Virus record (IMG/VR): IMGVR_UViG_3300028898_000117
Source of the DNA: a virus
Direction: 5' to 3' (one strand)
DNA: 64,000 nucleotides
Part shown: piece after piece, positions 23,353-33,560 of the stretch
How positions within the stretch are numbered: the stretch's first letter is position 1
Layout: every line of letters begins with the position of its first letter
Made by a program: the position numbers and the translations under genes
The notes under the pieces: model-generated
The model's input: only the letters and a program-made list of their open reading frames with translations
What the model was told of the DNA's origin: nothing
Database searches by the model: none

Positions 23353-26300
23353 ATGATTATATTAGATTTATATAAGTCTAGAGTTAGGCACCATTTCCGT
23401 AGACTTCCAAATGGTAAGATAGTAGCCGTAAAAGAATATTTCAATAAAAAACAAGCCGCAAAAAAGGAACCAAAAAAATTTCGCCATAAAGTAGTCCATG
23501 CTGATGAAGAGTCAACTACCTATGTGAATCATGAAGGTGAGATGAAAACATATCCTCACCGATCACACATGGAGTTAACTCAAGACGACATTCACGGAAA
23601 ATTAAATTCGGCCATGCACATTGATGAAGGACTTGCATTTAAAGTCTGGGCCAATGAGCAGGGCATTACTGACATGAACAAGTTTCTTGACGACATGGTT
23701 TCCGATGAAAAAAAGCGTTCGCAGGAAACTGGCGAGGACCCAGAATTTACAAATCGAACAACGGCCATGAAATATTTGTCCAAAAATACTTTAAAAGAAG
23801 TATTGAAGGACCTGCATGGAACTTACGGCGAAGTTACCACATACGCTAGAGCTGGGACACAATCTGAAGGCGGTAGAGGAAGGCTGGCTGAATATTTTCA
23901 CGATATGGCCGATGCCGAGCATGCAAATGATGAAGATAGAGCGATTGGCAAAATGGTTTCGCAACATGCTGACACTGCAATTAAAGCTGCCGAAGAAGAA
24001 ATTGCCTCGATCAAGCAAGCTCAAAAAGCAAAGCCTGAAGATTGTCCAAAGATCGACTCAATTTCACCTGATTTAAAGTTTTTCGGACATCAAGCCCATA
24101 CTCTTGCGTACACTGACAAATTAAAAAAGGCGATCATGGACGTTGATATGGGTGGTGGTAAAGGACTTTTGCTACCAGCAGATGCCTTAAATTTCATGTC
24201 AAAAGGATTAGTGAAAAAACCTATCATAGTTGTCCCAGGCGCGACCCTTGAGCAGAATGCAAAAAAAATCCTTGAGTACACTAATGGTGAAGTGAATGTG
24301 TTCAATATTTCAAACTCTCGCATCAAAGAGCACTATGAAGGCGACATGGATAGGTTACTTGAGGACATTCACAACGCTCCTCCAAATACAATTTTCATGG
24401 CATCTTATGATGTGTTTCCATACCAGGATAAAAGCAAAAAAGCGCAGCAGAGTGACGATATTGAAATGGCAATGGATTTCCCTCGAGCAAAAGCTCTAGG
24501 AGCTGCTGGATTTGATTACATTGCTTGTGATGAATCACACAACATCAAGAATACGCAGTCGCAGCGATTTAAGGCTATGCAGTACATGACTCATCTGCCT
24601 TATAAGAGATGTGCGTCTGGTACATTCCTATCGAACAATCCAAAGGATGTTCTTGGTCAGCTCATGTTTTTACACCCACACATGGCCATGCGTGAGGCTG
24701 AATTTCTTCGCATGTATGGAATGGAAGAAACTGGCGGCGTAGGTGGTGGTATTAAATGGGATAAGGACAAATTAAAACAACTTCGAGAAGACCTGAAAAA
24801 CATGGGTATGATTTCCCTTAGAAGGTCAGCTTGGATGCACCTTTTACCAAAACGAAATGAAATTCCTAGAATTGTTAAAATGACTCCAAGCCATGAAAAA
24901 ATCCATGAGGCTATTTTAAATGAAGTTATCGACGACATTGAAGAGGAAATGAAAAAAAATCCTCGCATTAAAAAGTTTTTCGACGACGACAACGACTTTG
25001 ACGATGATGAGATGCCGCCACAAGTGTTGGGGCCATTGAATTTACTTCAATCAGTCACCGATCATCCAGATGAGCTTGCAAAAATGATTGAGGAAAAACT
25101 TGAGGCCGTTCACACAAAACGAAAAGAACTTCGCAAAAAAGGAATCACTGGCCAAGAGGCTGTTGAGGCCATGGAAGAAGAAGATCCAGAAGTAGCTTTA
25201 ATGCGTGAACAATTAGCACGAATGAAACCTGAAGTGAAAAAAGCTGTCTTATCTTTGAAGGGTATTGTTAGCCCGAAGGCAGTCGATTGCTATAAGGCCA
25301 TGGATGAGCATTTTGCCAATAAGAAGAACGGCAAATTTATGGTTTTCGTGCAAAGGAAAGCGTCAGCTAGGCACATTATGGACAATATGCCAGAAAAGCA
25401 CAAAAAAAATGCCATGTACTTCGATGCAAGCCAAATGCACAAGCTACCAGAATTTACTCAAGACCCAAATGGTCCGAAAATATTAGTCGCAGTCGATGCC
25501 TCGATCAAAGAGGGCATGAATATGCAAATCGCAAACGGCCAATATCGCTACGATCATCACTATGTCCCAGGCAACCAAGAACAGGGCTACGCTCGTATAT
25601 GGCGCTTTGGTCAGGATAAGGATGCAAATATTCATCTTGGCATTGTTGATAACGGAATAGATGTCACAAAGTACGCAAGACTGATTTCAAAACTTCACAC
25701 GAATATGATGGTTATTTCCGACATGGAAGATGACGACACATTCCTGGCCTACAAGCTTAACCTCGACAATATCCGAAACAATCGACACGCATCAGTTCTT
25801 GATGATTATTTCGATATGAACAAAAAGATTTTGGATTTCCAGAAGGGTGAAAATAAGGACCTGCAAAAGCTATATGGAAATAAAACTTATCAGCGGTCTA
25901 GTGGAAAACAAATAGGCGGTAAAAAGGCACAACCAAAGCATGGAATGGGCACATATCAAAGCGATGAAAAATTTGAAACAGAGTCGGGTGATGTGAAGGT
26001 TACTCCAAAGGAAATGGATAGCTTGCTTGGTCACTTGCGAGATCAGCACTATAAAGCTGGGCGACCTGATGTGATTTATGATGATGAATTTACTTTTGAT
26101 TTTTTAAATCACGCCTTCAAATTACTTCTTCGTCACAAGGCGCGTGGCGGTGGTGAAAAATTGGACCCATTCACTATGGAAAAATATAACTCCGATCTTG
26201 GGGGAGAATTATCAGATAGGGAACAAAAAACCCTCGAGGGAGCTATCAATGCTCACTTGTCTGGAAAGAAACACACGCCCCACACGAAACACGACACGAA

Positions 26301-26607
26301 ACCAGCCGTCGATGCTTACCTGAACACATTCAATATGAAACTACCAGCATCGGCCAAGAAAGAAGTGCATGATGATGCCGTGGAACTTTCTAAATGGATG
26401 GAGAGCAAAAAGATAAAGCCTGAGTTTGATAAAAATGGAAATGCCACGCCTTCATTCGCTGCGAAATTAAAGCCTTTCTTTAAAGGTGAAATGCCGAGTG
26501 CGAAGGGACTTAAATTGGTTGCCAGTATTGCTGGAAAGATCAATGAGGTTAAGGGCGGCTTTGCACCATTGAAGGAATATTTTGAGGATTGGGTAGAGGA
26601 GGAGTAA
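23353..26607 (+). CDS. SNF2-family helicase/ATPase with long N- and C-terminal extensions
   Basis: Motif I is DMGGGKG, II is ACDESHNIKN, III is SGTFLSNNPKDVLGQLMFL, V is EGMNMQ and VI is YARIWRFGQ. The start is ATG 23353 or GTG 23341. Confidence 0.8.
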   Translation: MIILDLYKSRVRHHFRRLPNGKIVAVKEYFNKKQAAKKEPKKFRHKVVHADEESTTYVNHEGEMKTYPHRSHMELTQDDIHGKLNSAMHIDEGLAFKVWANEQGITDMNKFLDDMVSDEKKRSQETGEDPEFTNRTTAMKYLSKNTLKEVLKDLHGTYGEVTTYARAGTQSEGGRGRLAEYFHDMADAEHANDEDRAIGKMVSQHADTAIKAAEEEIASIKQAQKAKPEDCPKIDSISPDLKFFGHQAHTLAYTDKLKKAIMDVDMGGGKGLLLPADALNFMSKGLVKKPIIVVPGATLEQNAKKILEYTNGEVNVFNISNSRIKEHYEGDMDRLLEDIHNAPPNTIFMASYDVFPYQDKSKKAQQSDDIEMAMDFPRAKALGAAGFDYIACDESHNIKNTQSQRFKAMQYMTHLPYKRCASGTFLSNNPKDVLGQLMFLHPHMAMREAEFLRMYGMEETGGVGGGIKWDKDKLKQLREDLKNMGMISLRRSAWMHLLPKRNEIPRIVKMTPSHEKIHEAILNEVIDDIEEEMKKNPRIKKFFDDDNDFDDDEMPPQVLGPLNLLQSVTDHPDELAKMIEEKLEAVHTKRKELRKKGITGQEAVEAMEEEDPEVALMREQLARMKPEVKKAVLSLKGIVSPKAVDCYKAMDEHFANKKNGKFMVFVQRKASARHIMDNMPEKHKKNAMYFDASQMHKLPEFTQDPNGPKILVAVDASIKEGMNMQIANGQYRYDHHYVPGNQEQGYARIWRFGQDKDANIHLGIVDNGIDVTKYARLISKLHTNMMVISDMEDDDTFLAYKLNLDNIRNNRHASVLDDYFDMNKKILDFQKGENKDLQKLYGNKTYQRSSGKQIGGKKAQPKHGMGTYQSDEKFETESGDVKVTPKEMDSLLGHLRDQHYKAGRPDVIYDDEFTFDFLNHAFKLLLRHKARGGGEKLDPFTMEKYNSDLGGELSDREQKTLEGAINAHLSGKKHTPHTKHDTKPAVDAYLNTFNMKLPASAKKEVHDDAVELSKWMESKKIKPEFDKNGNATPSFAAKLKPFFKGEMPSAKGLKLVASIAGKINEVKGGFAPLKEYFEDWVEEE

Positions 26608-27617
26608 TGAGCTTACTCAAGCCTTTAACTAAGCGTGAAGTATTGATTTCTGGTGGTTCAAAAATTACCTCAATGGGTTCGCAACGAAAAATAAAAATGA
26701 ACAAAATCATTTCTGATTCTCTTGGTTCGTCGAGCGTGGAGCAGGTTGCACATCGTTTAAAAAAAGAAGTTGGTTCTAGGTCTGACAAAAAGCGCGACTG
26801 GGTGAATGTTGCGATCACTGAAAAAACAAATGCACAATCAAAGGCAAGCCTAGATTTAATTGAAAGTGTTTTTGGACCAGAGGCAAAGGTCTACAGAAAA
26901 GCTAATCCAAAATGCTGTCCACAATGTTTATTTGCTTTTGGAAATCCGAAAAAGCCAAAGATTTTTACTATTTCAAAGATACCAGACAAGTTGAGATTCG
27001 CTGTTCATCCAAGGTGCGTATGTGGACCATGGAAGGCAATTGAGGTCCCAGATTTAACCAAGTCGATGAATGATGCATCTTCATACGATCTTGGAGCTGT
27101 TGTTAATGATAATGGCATTTTGATGATTTCTGTCGGCAGTTTTTTTGCCAGCATTGATTCAGTGGTTGGAAAAGCCATGATCAAGTACGTTTTATTGAAT
27201 ACGCCTCTTGTGAAAATCGGAGAGCAAGAAGGTTTTGATATGTTTCGACATGGCACTGTGATGAAAAATGATTTTAAAAATGAAATACCATCAAAAATTC
27301 AAGTGTGTGACATCATGAACATATCCGATCTTAGGTTTTACAAATCAAACACCGAGCTTGATGTGTTGAAAACAAAAACATTCGACGATTATCTGAGCTG
27401 GACCATGGAAATGATACCTCATGTGGCCGCTATGCCTGAAATGTGGTCTAAAGAGAGTATTAGATATGTAAACGACTTCCTTGCGTTTAAAACCATAACT
27501 GACTGGGTGATTGCAGCTCCACACAGGGACAGATCAATGAAAACATTGAAAATTAACGATGCACCGAGGAAAATAATAAAGAAATACGTCGTAAAAAAAC
27601 TCGAGGGTTTAGCATGA
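26607..27617 (+). CDS. possible MuF/SPP1 gp7-like minor head protein
   Basis: The stretch KCCPQCLFAFGN...RFAVHPRCVCGPW resembles the CxxC...HPnCRC signature of gp7-family head morphogenesis proteins. It is TAATG-coupled to the SNF2 gene. Confidence 0.4.
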   Translation: MSLLKPLTKREVLISGGSKITSMGSQRKIKMNKIISDSLGSSSVEQVAHRLKKEVGSRSDKKRDWVNVAITEKTNAQSKASLDLIESVFGPEAKVYRKANPKCCPQCLFAFGNPKKPKIFTISKIPDKLRFAVHPRCVCGPWKAIEVPDLTKSMNDASSYDLGAVVNDNGILMISVGSFFASIDSVVGKAMIKYVLLNTPLVKIGEQEGFDMFRHGTVMKNDFKNEIPSKIQVCDIMNISDLRFYKSNTELDVLKTKTFDDYLSWTMEMIPHVAAMPEMWSKESIRYVNDFLAFKTITDWVIAAPHRDRSMKTLKINDAPRKIIKKYVVKKLEGLA

Positions 27618-28711
27618 TTTTAATGAAGTCAAAATCATATCCAGTTGGAACTGTGAGAAAAAGGAAAACTGGAAAATGGATTAAACGTCAAACTGGACAC
27701 TGGCAATTACTTCGCGAAATTGTGTCAGATATTCATGCTCAAGATGACGTTCATCCAAATTCAAAGTCAGCAAAATTAATGCACACAGCAGCTCGAGATG
27801 TGGTTCGCCACGCAAGCAAGCATCGCATTGGGTACAGTCGTGAAATTGCACATCGTTTTCTTGAAGATAAGTATGGTCACCATGGATTTAAAGCCTTATG
27901 GAAACATCGAACAGTTGAGGCGGCAGAAAGATACATAAAAGAAATGGAGGCCGCTCACGCTGGAAAAACTGTTCACACTGAAAAAGCCAGCGCAATTCAA
28001 AAATGGCTATCTGATGTAAAAAATGAAATGTCCTTATTGAAAACCGATGCCGAACGTGACCAATGGGTTTCTGAGAAATTCGCAGCGAAGAAAAAGCCAA
28101 TTGGACACTTGCTGTATGCTTGCAGACAAATTTTAGGACCAGGAACTCACCTATCGACTGTCCCAGACAGTGGTTTCCGTGGGCTATGCAAAGCCATCAT
28201 CACAAAAGCCTATGAACATGGTCCATCTGGTATTGATAAATTCCAAATTGGAATATGGAATAAAGCCTTCAATACCATGTTTAAAAATGCTGATGTAAAA
28301 GATCAGAGAGTGGTGCCATTGTCGAAGGCTTTATCTTATGGAGATTCCAAGGTTTTTTACAAAAAACATCCAAAATGGTTTGTGTATTGTTGCACCAGAT
28401 TTGCTGGAAAAAATGATGGCATGGTCAACATGGGAGCGATTGAAGGGTACATGAAAAATGCCATGAGAAAACATGGTACTAAAAACCCGCCGTCACCAAC
28501 TTATGATGACCAAGACGGCATCATTCAATCATCAATCAGGATGGGAATGCTCGACCCAAATAAAGTTTTAAAAATGTCTAAAAAGCGTTTTATTCAACGT
28601 AAAAAAGCAATGGAACGAGTTTATCGAAACAAAAAGCGACTGAAAAAGAGCAGTTCTTTATCTTTGGTTATTGAAATTGCACAAAATTTACTTGGGGGCT
28701 TGAATGGGTAA
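27614..28711 (+). CDS. basic Lys/His-rich protein
   Basis: 365 aa with ATGA coupling, containing stretches such as HTAARDVVRHASKHRIGYSREIAHRFLEDKYGHHGF and a KKRFIQRKKAMERVYRNKKRLKK tail. Confidence 0.55.
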   Translation: MILMKSKSYPVGTVRKRKTGKWIKRQTGHWQLLREIVSDIHAQDDVHPNSKSAKLMHTAARDVVRHASKHRIGYSREIAHRFLEDKYGHHGFKALWKHRTVEAAERYIKEMEAAHAGKTVHTEKASAIQKWLSDVKNEMSLLKTDAERDQWVSEKFAAKKKPIGHLLYACRQILGPGTHLSTVPDSGFRGLCKAIITKAYEHGPSGIDKFQIGIWNKAFNTMFKNADVKDQRVVPLSKALSYGDSKVFYKKHPKWFVYCCTRFAGKNDGMVNMGAIEGYMKNAMRKHGTKNPPSPTYDDQDGIIQSSIRMGMLDPNKVLKMSKKRFIQRKKAMERVYRNKKRLKKSSSLSLVIEIAQNLLGGLNG

Positions 28712-29036
28712 AAAAGCAAAATTCGACCTTAAGGAAATGATTGAAGAACATAAGAATTTAATTCGAGTACTTCGCTCACCTAGCCACAAGGATGATTTAA
28801 AAGAGGCGAAGAAACAGTCAAAAGAATTGAAACATTACAAAAAGCTGAATAAATCCATGGATGAAGTGTATTCATACACTGGTCCCATGACCGCAGCAGA
28901 TGTCACCGTTGCCTCATGGAATGAGTACTTTGCTGAAGGCGGGATGCTGAATCAACCAGCACATCTGGCCAACAATCGACTTCATGAAATTCGCAAGCAG
29001 TTTGAACTGCTGTCTAGGTATCATAAAAAGAATTAA
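28704..29036 (+). CDS. small basic helical protein
   Basis: 110 aa containing EEHKNLIRVLRSPSHKDDLKEAKKQSKELKHYKK. Confidence 0.55.
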   Translation: MGKKAKFDLKEMIEEHKNLIRVLRSPSHKDDLKEAKKQSKELKHYKKLNKSMDEVYSYTGPMTAADVTVASWNEYFAEGGMLNQPAHLANNRLHEIRKQFELLSRYHKKN

Positions 29037-29042
29037 AATTTA

Positions 29043-29072
29043 TTGCGGATTAAACATAATAGACCATAAAAT
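29043..29072 (+). promoter_or_regulatory. candidate promoter ahead of protease-scaffold-capsid genes
   Basis: TTGCGG, an 18-nt spacer, then TAAAAT. It lies in one of the few intergenic gaps of the late region. Confidence 0.25.
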
Positions 29073-29105
29073 AAAAGAGTAATGCATGCTTAACTCTAGC
29101 ATAAG

Positions 29106-29879
29106 GTGTTGAAAACAGTGGAAAACCAATTTTTTATTAAACACGACGGTACATTCAATGCCCATTTTGGGGATGTGATTTTGAAGGCCGAGAAAGTCGG
29201 TGACACCGAGGGATGGCATTTTTCAGCCGTTGCCTCAACCTCTGATAAAGATAGAGAGGGCGAAACTTTACTTCAAAAGGGCTTAAACTTCACCCCATTT
29301 ACTGACTCTGGAGAATACAATTGGAATCACATGAGTCACGCGATGGTTGGGGTGCCAGTAGGTAAGAAGGCCTGGTTTGAAAACAATAAGTGGATGTGTG
29401 AAGGAATGATCTTGAAAGATATGCCTATTACAAAGGGCTATTCGACTAATGAGGTTGTCCAGCAACACAATACACTTAAGAAGTCAGGACTTCAGCGTGG
29501 ACTTTGCTGCTCGGTTGAGGGCAAGGTTATTGAGCGAAGTGATGATGGAAAATATGTTAAAAAGGCCGACATCTATAATATTGCGCTCACATTCCGGCCA
29601 GTAAATCCAAACTGTTCATTAACAATGCTTGCAAAAAGTTTGGATAAGGGCGCAGAATTATCAATCAATGATGAATTTTATAAAGCGTTATCAGTGCAAA
29701 ACATTGGTTCGTTTATGAAAGAGGACCTTGAGGGTGCATCCAGTAAAAAGGAAAACCTGGGCCGCAAACTTGTTAAACACCTCGTAAAAAAGGGTTTTAG
29801 TGAGGCAGATGCGACAATTAAGGTCTATGATTTTATGAAAAATAAGCTGCTGGGCATGGGGTCCGGCGGTAAAAAGTAA
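29106..29879 (+). CDS. prohead protease (HK97/S78-like)
   Basis: The motifs FSAVASTSDKDREGETLL, NWNH and IALTFRPVNPNC resemble the prohead serine protease pattern. The gene lies directly upstream of the scaffold and capsid genes. The start codon is uncertain (GTG 29106). Confidence 0.6.
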   Translation: MLKTVENQFFIKHDGTFNAHFGDVILKAEKVGDTEGWHFSAVASTSDKDREGETLLQKGLNFTPFTDSGEYNWNHMSHAMVGVPVGKKAWFENNKWMCEGMILKDMPITKGYSTNEVVQQHNTLKKSGLQRGLCCSVEGKVIERSDDGKYVKKADIYNIALTFRPVNPNCSLTMLAKSLDKGAELSINDEFYKALSVQNIGSFMKEDLEGASSKKENLGRKLVKHLVKKGFSEADATIKVYDFMKNKLLGMGSGGKK

Positions 29880-29891
29880 GAGGAGGCTCTG

Positions 29892-30743
29892 ATGAAAGAA
29901 GAGAATTTCGACGAGCTTGCATCTGAATTGGAACAAAAGCTTGGACAGCAAAAGGAAGAAACTCCTGCGTCTGCTCCAGCCGAAGAACCAAAAAATGATG
30001 CAGGTTTGATGAAAGCTCTCATGGTAGCCGCCAAAGACTATTTTGGAAAAGCACAGTCCTCGGATCTGAAGGCTGAGAAGGACAAACGAGGTTCTCTCAT
30101 CGACTCTTCCGACGACCCTGCTAAATCTCCAAAAAAATCTGGAGCAGGTTATCCTGACTCATCTAAGTACGAAGCTCGAAAAGGGCATGAGGACGAAGAT
30201 GAGGATGAGGAAGAAGAAGAAATGCCAAAGCATTTCAAAAAGAAAAGTCATAAGAAAAAAATGAAAAAATCTTATGACGAGGTTGATGAGAATGAAGAGG
30301 GCGAAGAAGGCGAAGATGAAGTTATCGACGCTACTGAAGTCCTTGAGGACCTTCAAAAGTCCGTTCAGCTTATCGAAGAAGGTATGGCTACATTTGGTGA
30401 GTTACTCACTGCAATGGCTGACCCTCGCCGAGAGAAGAACGAGGCTTTGATTTTGAAGGCTCTTACTTCAATCATTGATCGTCAAGATAAGATCGAAAAA
30501 TCTTTAGCGGAGGTTCAACCTCTTGTTAAGGCGATGTCGAGTTTGCCAGGGGTTCCCAAGGCGGTTCAGTCAATGACTCTAAACAAGTCAGAGACTACTG
30601 AGGGCACAGGTGAGCAGAGTGGTTTGTCTCCAGAAGACAAAAACCGACTGTTCAATGCAGCCGTTAAGGGGAAAATTTCAAAATCTGAGATGAAGAAAGC
30701 AATCGACACGAACGATGCAAGTATTCTTCAGAAGATCAAGTAA
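29892..30743 (+). CDS. scaffolding protein
   Basis: An acidic, helical, low-complexity protein (EDEDEDEEEEEMPKHFKKKSHKKKMKK) lying between the protease and the major capsid gene. Confidence 0.5.
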   Translation: MKEENFDELASELEQKLGQQKEETPASAPAEEPKNDAGLMKALMVAAKDYFGKAQSSDLKAEKDKRGSLIDSSDDPAKSPKKSGAGYPDSSKYEARKGHEDEDEDEEEEEMPKHFKKKSHKKKMKKSYDEVDENEEGEEGEDEVIDATEVLEDLQKSVQLIEEGMATFGELLTAMADPRREKNEALILKALTSIIDRQDKIEKSLAEVQPLVKAMSSLPGVPKAVQSMTLNKSETTEGTGEQSGLSPEDKNRLFNAAVKGKISKSEMKKAIDTNDASILQKIK

Positions 30744-30754
30744 GGGGGTCCTAA

Positions 30755-32341
30755 ATGTTTACAGGACAGGATGCAGAGATTCTTGATCGTGTGAGAAAAG
30801 CCTTATCGGTTGACTCCGCGACAGGAACATCAATTGCTCCCTTCATGAAAGAAGACCTTGAAGCAGAGGCTTATGTACAGCTTTACGCTGATACTGACCG
30901 CGCTGAGATGGCTCTTCTGAAGGATATGCCTCGACAACCAGCAAATCAAGTAAACCACGAGTTTACTCTGGTTGATCGTTACGGTAACCATAAGGCGAAG
31001 GCATCGTTCCGCGCCAATGGCTTGCCTCCGCAATCCAACATTGAGGGAACAAAGAAAAACGTGCAGTTAAAACTGTACGGAAAGACAAGCGCAGTTCAGG
31101 GCTTGACTGTGTTGCAAAACACAATCAAAGCAATGGGCCAACCAGACATCGCGTCAGCTAATGATGCGTCAGTCAAGTTGCTCATGCAGTACCAAATCAA
31201 TGCTGATTTGTACATGGCTGATACTCGCACTACTCTCGATACAAACATCTTTAAAGGATGTTGGCAGCTTATCGACGAGTTGACGAAAGACCCGTCTGCC
31301 ACTGTTCCATTTAGCAATAGTGATATTTTCATCGACATGCGCGGTGAAGCACTTTTGCCAGATGGTCAGAAAGGTATTCGTAAAGCGGCTGTAGGCTTCA
31401 CAAAGCGTCATGGCGTTCTTCGCAGAATTTACATGGCACCTGAAGTGCTCGAGGTTATTGAAGAGAATCTCGACCCAGCAGCTCGTTTCATGATTACTCC
31501 GCAAGACGCGAATCGTGGAATGATTATCGGTAACAGCATTGACGGCATGAGAGTGCAAGGTTCTGTGGTTCACTTCCGCAGAGACTCAGCATTATCAAGC
31601 TTTGTTCGATCTGGTGGACCGAACTCAGACCTGATTCCAGGCGCTCCAGCAGCTTTCACATTCAGTGGAAGTGCAAGTGCTGGTAACTGCTCTCAACCAG
31701 CAGTGAACGTGTCTGGTTCTGGTAAGTTCTTGGCCGCAGAAGGCATCCGTATGACAGGCTTCGTGTACATTGTGTGCGCGGTGAATGAAGTCGGTGAGTC
31801 TGTAGCGTCGAACTTGTCAAACAGCGTGAATGCGTCTGAAGGTAAGACGATTGAGTTTAACATTTATCCTCGAGGCGATGAACTTTCGTTCAGAATTTAT
31901 CGTGGATATGTGTCAGATGTAGCTCAAGCTGACACCTTCAAGGCTCCAATTATTTTGGACCCTCAGTTTATTTTTGAAGTACCAAACGGTACTTCGTTGG
32001 GTAATACCTCAACGATCACAGTAGTTGACTCTAACTTGTTCCTCCCTGGTTCTTCTTGGGCATGGGGAACGGACATTTTCTCAGAGAACGCTGCTGCTCT
32101 TGATCGTGGTGACGCTCCTACAAGCATCACCAATGAGTATGTAGAAGGCCGTTCTTCTGCGGCAGTCGCTCAATTGACAGGAATGTTCGAGTTTGACCTT
32201 GCAAAACTTGGATGGTTGCACTCAAACAAACTTTTCGCACATGTCTTGGCGCCTCAAGTGCCTCGACCTTGGGTGAATGTTGTTTGGTACAATATCGGAG
32301 TTGTGCGTCAGAAGGCATTACTTGATCGTCGTCCGTCATAA
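30755..32341 (+). CDS. major capsid protein
   Basis: 528 aa, positioned after the protease and scaffold genes and followed by a strong terminator. The call rests on position and size. Confidence 0.65.
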   Translation: MFTGQDAEILDRVRKALSVDSATGTSIAPFMKEDLEAEAYVQLYADTDRAEMALLKDMPRQPANQVNHEFTLVDRYGNHKAKASFRANGLPPQSNIEGTKKNVQLKLYGKTSAVQGLTVLQNTIKAMGQPDIASANDASVKLLMQYQINADLYMADTRTTLDTNIFKGCWQLIDELTKDPSATVPFSNSDIFIDMRGEALLPDGQKGIRKAAVGFTKRHGVLRRIYMAPEVLEVIEENLDPAARFMITPQDANRGMIIGNSIDGMRVQGSVVHFRRDSALSSFVRSGGPNSDLIPGAPAAFTFSGSASAGNCSQPAVNVSGSGKFLAAEGIRMTGFVYIVCAVNEVGESVASNLSNSVNASEGKTIEFNIYPRGDELSFRIYRGYVSDVAQADTFKAPIILDPQFIFEVPNGTSLGNTSTITVVDSNLFLPGSSWAWGTDIFSENAAALDRGDAPTSITNEYVEGRSSAAVAQLTGMFEFDLAKLGWLHSNKLFAHVLAPQVPRPWVNVVWYNIGVVRQKALLDRRPS

Positions 32342-32370
32342 TTGACTGAGATGAAATTTTAGAGAGTCGA

Positions 32371-32400
32371 GGGGAGAGAAATCTCCCCTTTACTTTTTCT
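32371..32400 (+). terminator. rho-independent terminator after capsid gene
   Basis: GGGGAGA-gaaa-TCTCCCC hairpin followed by TTTACTTTTTCT. Confidence 0.7.
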
Positions 32401-32447
32401 GGATACGCGCTGATGATGTGTAAAAGTTAGATTTGTCAGGAGGAGAC

Positions 32448-32933
32448 ATGGAATTATTTAGATTTTCAAATGGTGTAACCAGCGAAGATATTTTCACACA
32501 AGATCGACAGAATGCCCCCAATGCGTTTTACGGCAGCATGTGGAAATTCGCCAAAGATAAAGAAAGATCAACAGGCCAAAAACCTGCAAAACTCACCAAA
32601 GAACAAGAGGCCATTGAAAAAGTAAAGGCCGCAAATCAAAAAAAGCACAACGAGCGTTTCTCATTAGCTCCAGGCATTGACCCAAATAGCCACATGGTTT
32701 TAGAGGCCAAAAGGCTAGGTTACCCAGTCCCACAGCAAGACACAGTTGTTCCAGATGCCCATGTACAAGCACAGGCAGAAGCAGAGCTGCAAGCACAAAA
32801 TCCTGGCATGACAAAAGAAGCTCTCGAGGAACTCCCAATTGAAGAACTTCAGCAGGTTGCCGCAGCATTGGGCATTGTTAATTTGAGGATGTCGAAAGAC
32901 AAACTAATTAAGGCTGTGCTGTCAAAACAGTAA
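32448..32933 (+). CDS. hypothetical protein
   Basis: An AGGAGG RBS precedes ATG 32448. The gene is bracketed by two terminators. Confidence 0.55.
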   Translation: MELFRFSNGVTSEDIFTQDRQNAPNAFYGSMWKFAKDKERSTGQKPAKLTKEQEAIEKVKAANQKKHNERFSLAPGIDPNSHMVLEAKRLGYPVPQQDTVVPDAHVQAQAEAELQAQNPGMTKEALEELPIEELQQVAAALGIVNLRMSKDKLIKAVLSKQ

Positions 32934-32964
32934 TTTACAAATTGTGATTTGTGATAAGGTATAG

Positions 32965-32992
32965 GGGAGGCATTTTTGATGTCTCCCTTTTT
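32965..32992 (+). terminator. rho-independent terminator
   Basis: GGGAGGCAT-ttttg-ATGTCTCCC forms 9 bp including one G:U pair, followed by TTTTT. Confidence 0.55.
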
Positions 32993-33026
32993 CATTTGTC
33001 GTACAATAAGTTAAGCAGGAGCTAGT

Positions 33027-33560
33027 ATGAAGATTGCTGTAAAGTTTTATTCGCAAGTTTCTAATCCAGAAAACCTACCTGGCGAATGGCCAGCTATTGT
33101 CCAAGAGTTAGCTGACGATGCCGAAGGACCTGATGATTTCACAATCATGAGCGTGATTCAGTACAAAAATTACTTAACTGAAAAGCAATCTCTCTACGAC
33201 GATTGGTTCAATACCTATAAAAAGCCAAAACTTGATGCGGAAAAAGCATCGGAAGAAAGAAGGGAAGGTATTGACCGCAGACGAATGCATGGAGAACAAA
33301 TTGTAAAAGAATTCCGTGAATTTGCTATTCGATTATCTGAACAAGGACTACTAGACACTCCAACATCAATAGACATGGGTTCACTTCTTCAATCTGCAAA
33401 ATTTTACATTGATATTGGTTATTTAACTGGAGCAATTTATGTCATACAAACTGCTAGTCATGCATTTCTTGATAACCATTATATTGATATTTACGGAACT
33501 GACACTGGTGTTTCGGTGAGAAATTATTTTATCGGAAGACTCAATGAGGGGAATTCTTAA
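33027..33560 (+). CDS. hypothetical structural-module protein
   Basis: 177 aa with a GCAGGAG RBS. No domain recognised. Confidence 0.55.
   Translation: MKIAVKFYSQVSNPENLPGEWPAIVQELADDAEGPDDFTIMSVIQYKNYLTEKQSLYDDWFNTYKKPKLDAEKASEERREGIDRRRMHGEQIVKEFREFAIRLSEQGLLDTPTSIDMGSLLQSAKFYIDIGYLTGAIYVIQTASHAFLDNHYIDIYGTDTGVSVRNYFIGRLNEGNS

Noticed and set aside
22535-23356. 273-codon plus-strand ORF spanning the whole inverted endonuclease-like gene
   Set aside because: Its translation is low-complexity (S/F/I/N-rich) with no motifs. The minus-strand frame encodes a recognisable family and has its own RBS. The plus-strand ORF is treated as an antisense shadow ORF.
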